A stretch of 64,000 bases of DNA from Clostridiales bacterium (GCA_012840805.1 DUVY01000060.1:2640-66639); one strand, 5' to 3'; positions 15,814-26,973 are shown, counted from the stretch's first letter. The notes: a model not told the origin generated them from the letters alone. Program-made: numbers and translations.

Positions 15814-18246
15814 TTATAAAACTATATTTACTATCCGTCTGGGTATCACTATGACTTTTTTGGGCGTTTTGCCTTCTAGGTATTTGGCGATTTGCGGGTT
15901 TTGGAAGACGATTTGCTTAATTTGCTCTTGAGAAGCTTTTGAAGGCGTCACAACCGCGCCTCTTAGCTTTCCGTTTATCTGGACGGCGATTTCCACTTTG
16001 TCTTTTACTAATTTGGACTCGTCGTATTCGGGGAAACTTTGGCTAAATATTGAGGGTTTGTTGCCCAGCATCTCATACCATTCTTCGCATAAATGCGGCG
16101 CCAAAGGCGCTAACAGCTTGATTAAGGTAATAATCGCACCTTTAGCGAAGCCCTGGTCGGCTTCGGGCAAAGAATCGTATTTGTAAATGGCGTTAACAAG
16201 TTCCATAATCCGCGCCATCGCGGTATTAAACGAAAAAGATTGGTAATCCGCTCTTACTTCTTTTATAGTATTATGCGTTACAAAATCCAATTCTTTTTCG
16301 GCGTCGTTGTAGACTTTTGAGTCTGTTTCTGTTTGACAGTCTTTATATTTTTGGACTATGCGATCCACTCTTTCGCTAAAGCGCACCATAGCCCTTATGC
16401 CCTCGTCGCTCCAAGGTCCGCCGTCAATATAATTAAAGCCAAAAGCTAGATAAAGCCTAAAAATATCCGAACCATAAACTCTGATATAGTCATCGGGATT
16501 GATGGTGTTACCTCTGCTTTTGGACATACGGTATCCGTCAGGACCCAAAATCATTCCCTGATGCACCAATGACAAAAACGGCTCGTCAAAGTCTAGATAG
16601 CCCATATCCCTTAAGGCCTTGACGATAAACCTTGAATATAACAAATGCCCGACAGCGTGTTCAGAGCCGCCGATATATTTGTCCACGGGCATTATTTTGT
16701 TGGTAAATTCTTTATCAAAAGCAGCTTTGTCATTGCTTGCGTTAGGATAGCGCAAAAAATACCAAGAAGAGCACACAAAAGTGTCCAAAGTGTCAGGGTC
16801 TCTTTTGGCGTCTTTATTACAAGCAGGACATTTTACATTAATATACGCTTCGTGTCTTTTTAGCGGCGATTGCCCGTCGGGCGTAAAGTTAACATCGTAG
16901 GGTAGTTCCACAGGCAATTGGTCTTCGGGCACAGGGACGGCGCCGCAGTCTTGGCAATGTATGATAGGTATAGGGCAACCCCAAAATCTCTGTCTGCTTA
17001 CCGACCAATCGCGCAAGCGATAATTGACTTTTTGCTCGCCTTTATTGATTTTCCTAAGATATTCTATTACTTTTAGTTGACCTTCTTCGCTTGTAAGCCC
17101 ATCAAACATCCCGCTACCCGTCATAACGCCGTATTCTGTATAGGGCAATTCATCGGGTGAGCCGTCCGCGCTTTTAATGACGCGCGTTATAGGCAGGTTG
17201 TATTTTTGGGCGAAGACAAAATCTCTTTCGTCATGGGCGGGCACGCCCATGACGGCGCCCGTTCCGTAAGTATATAACACATAATCGGCGATAAAGACAG
17301 GCACTCGCTTATTATCCAGCGGGCTTATAGCGTAAGCGCCTGTAAACACGCCTGATTTTTCTTTGGCGGTGGAAAGCCTGTCTATCTCGCTGGTCATCAG
17401 AGCTTGTTTTTTATATTCTTGGACAACTTGTTTTTGTTCGGGCGTTGTAATAACATCCACCAAAGGATGCTCGGGCGCGAGCACTACAAAACTCAAGCCC
17501 GGCAAGGTGTCGGCGCGCGTGGTAAACACTCTAAAACTATGTCCGCTTTCGGTATCAAACTCTATCTCGCCGCCCACGCTCTTGCCTATCCAATTGGTCT
17601 GCATAATTTTGGTTTTTTCGGGCCAGTCCAATTTTTCAAGGTCGTTTAATAATTCCTCGGCGTAATTGGTTATCTTAAAGAACCATTGTGTCATATTGCG
17701 CCTTTCCACAATATTATGGCATCTTTCGCATTCGCCGTTTTGCACCTGTTCGTTGGCGATAACCGTATTGCAGGACGGGCACCAATTGACAGGTGCGTCT
17801 TTTTGGTAGGCAAGCTCGTGTTTGTATAATTGCAAAAACAGCCATTGCGTCCAACGGTAATAGGACGGATCCGAAGTTATGATTTCCGCCGACCAGTCTA
17901 TCATAAGCCCCATTTCTTTGATTTGGCGTTCCATTGTCGCTATGTTTTGGTAAGTGCTGTCTTTGGGATGAATGCCTGTCTTGATAGCGTAATTTTCGGC
18001 GGGCAACCCAAAAGAGTCAAAACCCATTGGCTGAAAGACTTCGTATCCTTGCATTTTCTTAAACCGCGCGTAAGAATCCGAAAGCCCAAAATTCCACCAA
18101 TGCCCTATATGCAAGTTGGCGCCCGAAGGATAAGAAAACATTTCAAGCACATAATGCTTGCGGTCAATATTTTTCGGGTCAAATTTGTGAAGGTCGTTAT
18201 CTTCCCAATATTTTTGCCACTTATTTTCTATTTTTTTGTAATTCAT
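15814..18246 (-). CDS. leuS: Leucyl-tRNA synthetase
   Basis: HIGH-type motif (PSGANLHIGH), KMSKS (RMSKSRGN), CP1 editing domain. 810 aa, typical of bacterial LeuRS. Confidence 0.95.
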   Translation of the reverse strand: MNYKKIENKWQKYWEDNDLHKFDPKNIDRKHYVLEMFSYPSGANLHIGHWWNFGLSDSYARFKKMQGYEVFQPMGFDSFGLPAENYAIKTGIHPKDSTYQNIATMERQIKEMGLMIDWSAEIITSDPSYYRWTQWLFLQLYKHELAYQKDAPVNWCPSCNTVIANEQVQNGECERCHNIVERRNMTQWFFKITNYAEELLNDLEKLDWPEKTKIMQTNWIGKSVGGEIEFDTESGHSFRVFTTRADTLPGLSFVVLAPEHPLVDVITTPEQKQVVQEYKKQALMTSEIDRLSTAKEKSGVFTGAYAISPLDNKRVPVFIADYVLYTYGTGAVMGVPAHDERDFVFAQKYNLPITRVIKSADGSPDELPYTEYGVMTGSGMFDGLTSEEGQLKVIEYLRKINKGEQKVNYRLRDWSVSRQRFWGCPIPIIHCQDCGAVPVPEDQLPVELPYDVNFTPDGQSPLKRHEAYINVKCPACNKDAKRDPDTLDTFVCSSWYFLRYPNASNDKAAFDKEFTNKIMPVDKYIGGSEHAVGHLLYSRFIVKALRDMGYLDFDEPFLSLVHQGMILGPDGYRMSKSRGNTINPDDYIRVYGSDIFRLYLAFGFNYIDGGPWSDEGIRAMVRFSERVDRIVQKYKDCQTETDSKVYNDAEKELDFVTHNTIKEVRADYQSFSFNTAMARIMELVNAIYKYDSLPEADQGFAKGAIITLIKLLAPLAPHLCEEWYEMLGNKPSIFSQSFPEYDESKLVKDKVEIAVQINGKLRGAVVTPSKASQEQIKQIVFQNPQIAKYLEGKTPKKVIVIPRRIVNIVL

Positions 18247-18274
18247 ACCTAAAAACTCCGTTTGTAGCGTAATT

Positions 18275-19339
18275 TTATCCTTTCGTAATTTCTAAAGAAG
18301 TTATATCGTAAGACACACAAAATACTTTTTGAGTAGTACTGACATCAAAGATGTTTTGAATAGTTTTGATCATTAAAGATTGAGCGTAACTTCCGTCGGC
18401 GTTTATGCCCATTACCGAATACCACGCTGTAAGCGAAGGGCCTGATTCGTATGCCGAACTTTTTGATATATGAACTTCCTTGACGGGCAATTTGTTTTCC
18501 CCTTCAATTATGTGTTCTTCAACAAACGGCAAAAACTCGTCTGTTATAGGGATATTTTTCAAATCCTCATGAACATTTATATCAATGGTATATGCCATTA
18601 TTATGCCGCCTCGATCAACGGTGTCAGTCCAATTATAAATATTTCTAAAACTCGCGCTAAAACCTGGGACAAAAGAATCTCTGTCCAAAGACCGCGTCAA
18701 AAGAAATAATAACTCGTTGTCATATCCGCTTTTGATTTCTTTGGGTTTATAAGTTATTTTGGTTTGCTCGTCATCGCCAAACGCGTAACTCAAAGTTCGA
18801 CTCTGATAATCAAAAGAATATTCTAGAGAAATCTCTGCCGAAGGCATATCAAAATTTTTGGTAACCTTTGTCGGTCCAAACAGCTTGCCTTTTTCCATGC
18901 TGAAAGCAACCGTGGAAGTCATTGTATCGGTCGCGCCAAGATTTTTTATGCCCGCAAGCCCTAACGCGCTTTCAAAACTATTATACTCGTCTTGCAGCTT
19001 ATCTTGCATATCCTCTTTTGACAGATAGGTTATTTCTAACTGAGAGGTAAGCTGCCATGTGTTTTTTTGCGCGTCTAGTTGTTCTATAATATATTCCAAC
19101 TCGCCGTCGGCGATCTCAATCCGCGGCTTGTCGTCCAAAGAATCGGTTATAATTTGGTCTTGTAAATTGGGGTATTGCTTGTCTTTATCCAGATAATAAT
19201 AAAACGAAACATCATAAACAGATTTTTCTTTTATCCCTTGCCAAGGCTGGCTTAGGTTAATATAGGGCGCTGGCGCGGCGCACCCCCAAGAAAACAAAAA
19301 TATCAAAAACAATGATAATATCGCGCGAATTTTTTTCAT
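18275..19339 (-). CDS. Hypothetical lipoprotein (start moved to the ATG at 19339, which has SD AAAGGAA)
   Basis: MKKIRAILSLFLIFLFSWGC signal and lipobox-like sequence. It sits immediately upstream of leuS on the same strand. Confidence 0.6.
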   Translation of the reverse strand: MKKIRAILSLFLIFLFSWGCAAPAPYINLSQPWQGIKEKSVYDVSFYYYLDKDKQYPNLQDQIITDSLDDKPRIEIADGELEYIIEQLDAQKNTWQLTSQLEITYLSKEDMQDKLQDEYNSFESALGLAGIKNLGATDTMTSTVAFSMEKGKLFGPTKVTKNFDMPSAEISLEYSFDYQSRTLSYAFGDDEQTKITYKPKEIKSGYDNELLFLLTRSLDRDSFVPGFSASFRNIYNWTDTVDRGGIIMAYTIDINVHEDLKNIPITDEFLPFVEEHIIEGENKLPVKEVHISKSSAYESGPSLTAWYSVMGINADGSYAQSLMIKTIQNIFDVSTTQKVFCVSYDITSLEITKG

Positions 19340-19483
19340 AAATATTCCTTTTTTTTGTAATATCAATTAATTATAACACGAAATCATTATTTATTAAAAG
19401 CTATACTAGCATAACTCTTAATTATTTTCAATAACAAAATAAGTTATAGTTGTTATTTTCTAATAATTTGATAAAATTAGATT

Positions 19484-22400
19484 ATGGATACAAAAATATT
19501 CCCCAACTATATACGCGCGTATCAATACCTCGTCCAAATCTTAAAAACCCGCCCCAAAAAAAGGGGGTGTTTGGATACTCGCCATATAATTATAACGCCC
19601 GACAGATACACGCTTCAGCTTGAAAAAGAGCTGACAAAAGACCTTGACGAACAGGGGTTTTTTGATATCTCTGTAATGACTTTTGACAGGTTGTTATACA
19701 ACGAGGGCGTATCTTCAAAATATCTTTCCAAATACGGCGGCGCGATGCTTATAAGAAAAATTATAGACCAAAACAACAGCGCCGATTCCCAAGAGAGTTT
19801 TTTGTGTTTTAATCGCGCGCTGTTAAAAGGCGATTTTCCCGCTAATATGCACAAAACCATAACGCAACTAAAAAGCTGTTTGGTATCGCCGCGATTGGCT
19901 GTGCAAACAGCCAAGCCGCACCTTAACAACAAACTCAATGACATAAGTTACATATACCAAAAATACGAGCAGTTTTTGGACGAACACAACTTGCAAGACG
20001 CGGGCTCAAAACTAAGCCTGCTCAAAAAACAAGTCCCGAATTCTAAATATATTCAAAACGCGTATTTTTATCTTTTTGGGTTTGACAGCCTGACTCCGCA
20101 AGCCATAGATCTATTACAGACTTTGGACCAATATTCCAAAGGCGTCATTTTGACCGTAATTAACGATGGGCTGGACTTATATCCTTATATAGAAACAAAC
20201 GCCAAAGAGCCTGATATAAGCGATTTGACCGATTTTGAAAAACATCTATACCAAAACTTGACCAAAAGAAATATTATTCAGTATCTTGAACAGGCGCCAA
20301 TCAATATATTTTGCGCCAATCAGTCCGCGTCAATGATAAGGCAAGCTTGCCGAATAATCGCCAAGCATATCAAAGACGGCGGAAAGTACTATGAGATAGC
20401 CATTGTGGGCGATATGAGCGAAAAAGATCTCGCGATATTGGACGAGGCGGGCATAAGCTACAATTACGACCACAAAGTTTTACTTGTAGCTCATCCTTTT
20501 GTCGCGTTTATAAAAGACTGTATTGACGCGGTCAGAACGCATTACAATAATGGAGCGGCCCATATCGCCAAAAACTACTTTAGCGGCATTTCTTATCAAG
20601 ACGCCTGCGTCTTTGAAAATTATTGTCTTAAGTATAATATAACCCAGAATATTTTTGAGCCTTTTGAGCTGGGCGCCCAAACGCGCGAACACGACATCGC
20701 GGAACGCGTTCGTCAAAAACTCGCTAATATTTTGGGGTCTTTTGAGCGCGACCTTAAAAAAAGCGCAATCGTTGACGACTACGCACAAGCCGTCAAAAAA
20801 CTTATAAATCACAACGATTTGGAAAAAAGGTTGCGCGAGTATAATACCCATTTTACTACCGATGATTTCGCGCCGTATGCCGAGCAATGCTGGGACAAGT
20901 TCGCGGCAGTTTTGGACGAACTCAAAATTTTGTCCCAATATAATATGGATATAGAAAACTTCAGAGCGGTATTTTTCGCGGGGCTAGAAGCCGTTGAGAT
21001 TTCGGTAATACCGCCCATAATTGACGCTGTCAGCATTACGGATATTGAGGGCATAAGGTGCGGCAAATACAAAAAGATAATTTATCTTAACTGCATAGAT
21101 GGAAGCTTTCCGCCTTTGGAAAAAGATTTGGGGCTTTTGTCCGATGACGATTTGGATTCTTTGTTTGAGTATGATATAAAAATAGAGCCTAAGATAAAAC
21201 AAATCAACAAAAGGCGCAAATTTAATCTTATCCAATCGTTTTATCACGGCGAGCGACTTTATTTCTTACACTCAAAACACCAAAACGGTCAAGAGTGCGC
21301 CGAAGCCAATCTTTTGAGTATTGTCAAAAAATTATTTCCTAACCACAATGAATACAGCGAAGACAGCTATAATACATTGCTGTGTCTGCCCAGCGTTTCC
21401 CAAAACGATATTTCAAGAATAGCGGGATATTTTTATAACCAGCCATCCGCCAAAAAGCAAGTTTTGCGTCTTTATAAAAAAGCCTTGACCGAACGGCAAG
21501 ATGTTTTGGGGCTAGGGCTTTCGTCGGCGGCAAGAGCGCTAAAGATAGACTTTGGCACCCAGCCAAAAAAGAAGGCAATCCAAGTTATTTTGGGCGACAC
21601 TTTTTACGCGACCCATCTTGAAAATTATTTTTGCTGTCCTTATATATATTTGATGCGCCATATTTTGAGATTGGCAAGGCGACCAATCGGCGATATTAAT
21701 TCATTGGATATAGGCAATATTTTGCACGAGATTTTGGAAAAATTCGCGGCGTATGACCCTAAAACCATAGAAGAATGCGACCAAATAACCATAAAGATAA
21801 CAGACCAAATAATCAGCGAAAACATCAAACTCCAAAAAAACCCGCATTTTTCGCGGCTATTAAAAAAAGAGGCTATTAACACGACTCGGGCTGTTTTTGA
21901 GCAAAACCAAAACTCTGATTTTAAGACGCTTTATACCGAAAAGAAATTTGGAAAAGGCGAGGAAATGCCGCCCTTGGTTATACAAACCGATACAATGACC
22001 GCTTATATAGGCGGCAAGGTTGACCGAATAGACCAATACGAAGATTATATCAAAATCATCGACTACAAAAGCGGCAAAATCAAGTCCGCGCCCAAGGATA
22101 TTTACGCGGGCATTAATCTTCAGTTAATGCTGTATATGAAAGCGTGCAGTCAAGCGCTTAGAAAGAAGCCCTTCGCGTCTTTGTATTTTCCGATTAATAA
22201 TGATTTTATGAGCGAAAATAGTAATTCTAGGTATCGCAATATAGGGCTTGTAGCTACTGAGCCAAAAGCGTTATTGGCGGCGGACAAAACGCTGAACCAG
22301 ACCCCAAAAAGCGAAGTCTTGCCGATAGCGGTCAAAACTATCACGCCCGATGGCGTTGTAGTGGCGTCTAGGCAAAATTGCGCGCTGGACTTTGAGGATT

Positions 22401-22609
22401 TTGAGAACATTTTGGAATATTCGGTTAATTTGACGAAAACCGCTATTGACGAGCTTGCTTCGGGGTATTTTGAGCCGCATCCCTATGAAGATGTTTGCGA
22501 TTGGTGCGATTACAGGGGCATATGCTGCAAGCCATACCAAAACCAACGCGAATTTAAACAATTAAACATTACCAATCAAACAATAGCAAGCTTAGGACGA
22601 AAGGATTAA
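19484..22609 (+). CDS. addB: Helicase-nuclease AddAB, subunit B (short form, no recognisable N-terminal P-loop)
   Basis: RecB-type nuclease motif GGKVDRID...IIDYKSGK. Fe-S cysteines (YFCCPY plus CDWCDYRGICC). It directly precedes addA. Confidence 0.85.
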   Translation: MDTKIFPNYIRAYQYLVQILKTRPKKRGCLDTRHIIITPDRYTLQLEKELTKDLDEQGFFDISVMTFDRLLYNEGVSSKYLSKYGGAMLIRKIIDQNNSADSQESFLCFNRALLKGDFPANMHKTITQLKSCLVSPRLAVQTAKPHLNNKLNDISYIYQKYEQFLDEHNLQDAGSKLSLLKKQVPNSKYIQNAYFYLFGFDSLTPQAIDLLQTLDQYSKGVILTVINDGLDLYPYIETNAKEPDISDLTDFEKHLYQNLTKRNIIQYLEQAPINIFCANQSASMIRQACRIIAKHIKDGGKYYEIAIVGDMSEKDLAILDEAGISYNYDHKVLLVAHPFVAFIKDCIDAVRTHYNNGAAHIAKNYFSGISYQDACVFENYCLKYNITQNIFEPFELGAQTREHDIAERVRQKLANILGSFERDLKKSAIVDDYAQAVKKLINHNDLEKRLREYNTHFTTDDFAPYAEQCWDKFAAVLDELKILSQYNMDIENFRAVFFAGLEAVEISVIPPIIDAVSITDIEGIRCGKYKKIIYLNCIDGSFPPLEKDLGLLSDDDLDSLFEYDIKIEPKIKQINKRRKFNLIQSFYHGERLYFLHSKHQNGQECAEANLLSIVKKLFPNHNEYSEDSYNTLLCLPSVSQNDISRIAGYFYNQPSAKKQVLRLYKKALTERQDVLGLGLSSAARALKIDFGTQPKKKAIQVILGDTFYATHLENYFCCPYIYLMRHILRLARRPIGDINSLDIGNILHEILEKFAAYDPKTIEECDQITIKITDQIISENIKLQKNPHFSRLLKKEAINTTRAVFEQNQNSDFKTLYTEKKFGKGEEMPPLVIQTDTMTAYIGGKVDRIDQYEDYIKIIDYKSGKIKSAPKDIYAGINLQLMLYMKACSQALRKKPFASLYFPINNDFMSENSNSRYRNIGLVATEPKALLAADKTLNQTPKSEVLPIAVKTITPDGVVVASRQNCALDFEDFENILEYSVNLTKTAIDELASGYFEPHPYEDVCDWCDYRGICCKPYQNQREFKQLNITNQTIASLGRKD

Positions 22610-22627
22610 CAAAAAGGCAGGGATAAT

Positions 22628-25600
22628 ATGGCATATCAATGGACGCCCGCTCAACAAAAAGTCATAAACTCGGAACATAATAAAATTTTGGTATCCGCCT
22701 CAAGCGGCAGCGGAAAGACTACTGTAATGATTGAGCGCATAGTCAATCTTATCAAAAATCATAAAGTCAGTGTGGATAATATTTTGGTTACCACTTTTAC
22801 CAACGCCGCCGCCCAAGATATGAGAAACAAACTAATAGATAGACTTACCGACGCCTTGCAAGAGCGTCAGGACAAAAGCTTTATGTTAGAGCAGCTTCAA
22901 AACGCCGAAATAGCCCAAATTTGCACGCTTCATTCTTTTTGCGCCGACTTGATTAGAAAGTATTATTATGTCGCGGGCGTGGATTCGGCTTTTTCGGTCA
23001 TACAAGACCTAGAAGCGTCATTAAAAAAATCCAAAGCGCTCAAAAAAGTGTTTGACCAGTATCTAGAGAGCGGGGACGAAGTTTTTTTGAGACTTTGCGA
23101 TATTTTCACAAGAAAAAGAAGAATGGACCAATTGGCTAAACATATCAACCAAATATACACATTTTATCGCACTTTGCCCAAAAGCAAAAATTGGTTGCGT
23201 ATTGAGCCGAGGCTAGACGCGGTTGACGAGTATATAAATGATTACAAAAAATTAGCGGACCAATACCATACTGTCCGAGCCAAAAAGATTATTGAATACG
23301 CCCAAAAAATAGGCTATGAACCGGCTATTGAGGCGGCAACTTGTATATTGGAAGGGTTGCCAAACGGTCAGTTTCCCTCAAGGCTACCCTCTCAAAGAAA
23401 GCCCAAGGATTGCGACACCTTTACTTCTGAATTTGTAGAGACAAGTAGCGAATTTTGCAAAACCGCCAAAAAATTTTATCAGAAGTTTTATGAGTCAATG
23501 CCCGAAGACGATAACTCTAGCCAAGAGCTTGTAAATAAGCTTTTGGAAGTAGTCGGCAAATTTGACAAAGCTTATACCGAACTCAAAAAAGAAGATTTTG
23601 AGCTTGATTTTGCTGATTTGGAGCATTACGCTTTTGATATTTTGAGCAATGAAGAAGTGTATAACGAGATAAAGCAAACATATCAATATGTTTTTGTGGA
23701 CGAGTATCAAGACATCAATCCTATGCAAGAAGCCATAATCAACCTTTTTGCCGATTCTAAGCTGTTTTTTGTGGGCGATGTCAAGCAAAGCATTTATCGG
23801 TTTAGGCTGTGCGACCCCGATATATTTATCAAAAAATATCAAGATTTCAAAAGCGGCGCGGATTCCAACAATATTGCCATAGATTTGAACGATAACTTCA
23901 GGTCGGTCAAATCCATATTGGATTTTAATAATGAGATTTTTTCTAGGATTATGACCAAAGATTTGGGCGGCGTGGACTATCAAAACGATGCGAGGTTTTT
24001 TGACAATATTAGCGACTTAAACTCGCCCTATCCCGCCGTGAACATAGCGATAGCCCAAGTTCCCGATGAGGAAAAAATAGAGCCTGATACGATATATAGC
24101 GTCAAAAGTCATATCAATCAAATAATAATAACGGATTACAAGGCCGAAGCCGATATTATAATAAATGAAATATCCAAAATACTTCAAGACGGCAGAGTGT
24201 TAAAAGACGGGCTACCGCAGCCGCCCGAGTATAGCGATATTGTCATTTTGTTCAGGTCTTTAAAAAACAAATCCTTTGAGATAATCAAAGAAATATCCAA
24301 GGTCTATCCCGTTGTAAGCGGTCTAGAAACAGAGCTTTTAAGCCGTCCCGAGATTTTGATGCTTATTGACTATATAAAAGTCATTGACAACCCTTATCAA
24401 GACATAGCGCTAACGGGCGCGCTAAAAAGCGTCTTTGGTCAAACGGATGAAAACCAATTAATAAAAATAAGGGAACGCTATAAAAACGCCGAGTTTTTTT
24501 ATCAGGCGGTGCTAGAATATAAAGAAAAAATCAATGACGACATATCCCAAAAACTAAATGCGTTTTTTGAGAATCTAGAAAAAGACAAGAAATACGCCGC
24601 CTGCCACAGCCTGCGCGAGCTTATTTTGCGTATTATAACCAAATATAGCTATGAAGAATATCTTTTGACCGCTTTTGAGCAAGCTGACTATGAGTATGTG
24701 GAATTGTTTTTGGATTTGGTTTTGCAATATAATACCATTTCGGAGTTTTTGGACTATATAGACAACGATGTAATCTCGCCCATTATAGAAATGCCCGCCA
24801 ACGCTCAATCCAAAGCCATAAGGGTTATGACTATACACCAGTCCAAAGGGTTGGAATTTCCCATAGTGTTTGTGTGCGGTTTGGGCAATAGATTTAACCG
24901 CTCAAACGACGAAGTCTTGATAGACCAAAAAGTCAAGCTAGGTCTAAGAAACTATGATTTTGAAAACCGAGTAAAATCGGATTCCAAGACGCGAAGCGCT
25001 ATAAGTTTATTCAATCAAAAAAAAGAGATGGAAGAGGAAATGCGCGTATTATATGTGGCGCTGACTAGGGCAAAATACCATCTTGTTTTGACGGGGGCGA
25101 TAAACCAAAACTACAAACTAAGGGGGCTTGAGCCTTTTGAGATATTGCGTTCGACAAGATATATAGACTGGATTTTGGCTGTGCTAGCAAGGGACAAAAC
25201 CAATCTTTTGTTTGGCGCGTCCAAATTTGAACAACTTAGCATAGCGCCTTGTTATAATCTAGAAATAATACCCATAGAAAGCATCCAAAATTATTTGGAC
25301 TTTGAAAAACCCAAAGTATCGCTTAGCGATAAGAACTTAGAGCGACAAATACTAGAAAACCTCAATGTTTTTTATCAAGCCGACAGACTTAACCAAAAAT
25401 ACACGGTAACCGAGCTTAGCGCGTCTGAGGAAATCCCCCAAAGCGTGTTTATATACAAAGACCAAGAACTCTCTTTGGGCGGCATAGACCGAGGCAACGC
25501 CTATCACGCGCTTATGAAATATATTGATCTCAATTGCCAAAGCGTAGATGAAGTCAACGCCCAAATGCGAGAACTTAAAGAGCGAAACTTATTGTCCGAA

Positions 25601-25966
25601 GATTATATTAAGCTTATAAATCCCGAAAAAATATTAAAAGCGCTCAAATCCGACATTATTCTGACGGCCAAACAGAATACATTTTATAGGGAGCGAGAGT
25701 TTTTATTTTACGCCGACGCTTCCCAGCTAAATCTTCAAGGCTCGGGCAAGGTTTTGGTCCAAGGCGTCATAGATTTGCTTATATTTACAAATGAAGGGAT
25801 AATTATAGCCGACTACAAAACCACAAAAGGCTCGGAGAAAGACTTGATTAGCCTGTATCAAAGTCAATTGGGCATTTACGCGAAAGCGGCCGAGAATATT
25901 TTGGGCGAAAAAGTTATCCAAAAAACGATATATTCTTTTGAAATGGACAAAGAGATATATCTTTAA
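22628..25966 (+). CDS. addA: Helicase-nuclease AddAB, subunit A (UvrD/Rep-type helicase plus RecB nuclease)
   Basis: Walker A SASSGSGKTT, DEYQDINP, VGDVKQSIYRFR, TIHQSKGLEF, LYVALTRAK, and C-terminal nuclease GVIDLL...IIADYKT. Confidence 0.9.
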   Translation: MAYQWTPAQQKVINSEHNKILVSASSGSGKTTVMIERIVNLIKNHKVSVDNILVTTFTNAAAQDMRNKLIDRLTDALQERQDKSFMLEQLQNAEIAQICTLHSFCADLIRKYYYVAGVDSAFSVIQDLEASLKKSKALKKVFDQYLESGDEVFLRLCDIFTRKRRMDQLAKHINQIYTFYRTLPKSKNWLRIEPRLDAVDEYINDYKKLADQYHTVRAKKIIEYAQKIGYEPAIEAATCILEGLPNGQFPSRLPSQRKPKDCDTFTSEFVETSSEFCKTAKKFYQKFYESMPEDDNSSQELVNKLLEVVGKFDKAYTELKKEDFELDFADLEHYAFDILSNEEVYNEIKQTYQYVFVDEYQDINPMQEAIINLFADSKLFFVGDVKQSIYRFRLCDPDIFIKKYQDFKSGADSNNIAIDLNDNFRSVKSILDFNNEIFSRIMTKDLGGVDYQNDARFFDNISDLNSPYPAVNIAIAQVPDEEKIEPDTIYSVKSHINQIIITDYKAEADIIINEISKILQDGRVLKDGLPQPPEYSDIVILFRSLKNKSFEIIKEISKVYPVVSGLETELLSRPEILMLIDYIKVIDNPYQDIALTGALKSVFGQTDENQLIKIRERYKNAEFFYQAVLEYKEKINDDISQKLNAFFENLEKDKKYAACHSLRELILRIITKYSYEEYLLTAFEQADYEYVELFLDLVLQYNTISEFLDYIDNDVISPIIEMPANAQSKAIRVMTIHQSKGLEFPIVFVCGLGNRFNRSNDEVLIDQKVKLGLRNYDFENRVKSDSKTRSAISLFNQKKEMEEEMRVLYVALTRAKYHLVLTGAINQNYKLRGLEPFEILRSTRYIDWILAVLARDKTNLLFGASKFEQLSIAPCYNLEIIPIESIQNYLDFEKPKVSLSDKNLERQILENLNVFYQADRLNQKYTVTELSASEEIPQSVFIYKDQELSLGGIDRGNAYHALMKYIDLNCQSVDEVNAQMRELKERNLLSEDYIKLINPEKILKALKSDIILTAKQNTFYREREFLFYADASQLNLQGSGKVLVQGVIDLLIFTNEGIIIADYKTTKGSEKDLISLYQSQLGIYAKAAENILGEKVIQKTIYSFEMDKEIYL

Positions 25967-26049
25967 GTATTTTTAAAAGTTTTTATTTGACAAAAGAAAA
26001 TATATCATTAATAATAGTGTATAATATTGTATATCAATAGGTAATAATT

Positions 26050-26973
26050 ATGGATTTGATAGACAAATTATATAAATGGTTGGAGAATTTCTTAGGCGCG
26101 AACGCTATTAATAAGTTATTTTTCATATTGGCGGATGCGCTTATACTCTTGTTTTGCCTTGCCATAATTTTGTATTTCGCGAGCAATTACGCTGTGGCTT
26201 ACCGCGCCGCCGTTAAAGATGTTTTGCGCGCGATCAAAAAAGGCGCTAACGAAACGGCTATCAATTTGGAAATGAAAAAGATGCCCTATATCTCTAGGTC
26301 GTTATGGCATCGCTTCCGCAAAGAGCGCAAAGGCAAGCCAAGCGACTATCTCACAATCACCCAATGCCTGACTATCCCAAACAAAACATCTTGGATGTAT
26401 TGTCTGGCGGCGATTTTGGTGTTGACGGGCGTAATGTTTGGCGCTTTTATGTATGGCTTTGAGCAAAGTCTAACAGCTACTAGGCTTGCGGGGGTTTTGA
26501 TTGGTATTGGTTGTCTTTTGGCTGTTGTTTTGATTGTCATAGAAAAACTGTCTTATAACGCTACTTTATACGCGCACGAAAGGCTTGTTTGGGCGCTTAA
26601 CAAAAAATCCAAAGAATTTATCATTCCCGCGGGCGTTAATGTGCCCGATGACAAAAGAATTATTGACGAGCCGTCTTATTTTTCCAGCGCTCATTCTTTG
26701 GATTATACCGCTGTTCCTAGAATTTCGGCGCCAAGAGGCGTGCCTAGACAATTTTTTAGCGCCCCCAAACCTATGGACGCCGAAACGCAAGCTTTGTTAC
26801 TAAGAATAGACGCGGCTATAAAAGCGAGAGCGCCTTCGGCGACATTAAGACACCTAGCGTCCGCGTTACAAAGGATAAAATCAAAACCCGAAAACGAATG
26901 GCCCGAACATCAACAACGGCTTAACAAAGCCATGTCCATATTGCTAAAGGCGATTTCCGAGTCTTACAAATGA
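26050..26973 (+). CDS. Hypothetical membrane protein (about 3 TM segments)
   Basis: Hydrophobic segments only. No family recognised. Confidence 0.45.
   Translation: MDLIDKLYKWLENFLGANAINKLFFILADALILLFCLAIILYFASNYAVAYRAAVKDVLRAIKKGANETAINLEMKKMPYISRSLWHRFRKERKGKPSDYLTITQCLTIPNKTSWMYCLAAILVLTGVMFGAFMYGFEQSLTATRLAGVLIGIGCLLAVVLIVIEKLSYNATLYAHERLVWALNKKSKEFIIPAGVNVPDDKRIIDEPSYFSSAHSLDYTAVPRISAPRGVPRQFFSAPKPMDAETQALLLRIDAAIKARAPSATLRHLASALQRIKSKPENEWPEHQQRLNKAMSILLKAISESYK

Noticed and set aside
17363-18252. Plus-strand ORFs of 81-140 aa
   Set aside because: They are antisense to leuS, which has unambiguous class I synthetase motifs across this span.
18247-18274. Expected T-box leaders upstream of leuS (and of trpS at 62082-62103)
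   Set aside because: Only 28 nt and 22 nt separate these genes from the upstream same-strand genes, far too short for a T-box. Both appear to be co-transcribed with their neighbours.
20480-25921. Numerous minus-strand ORFs of 64-162 aa within addB and addA
   Set aside because: All are antisense to long, motif-supported helicase-nuclease genes. None has an SD or recognisable motifs.
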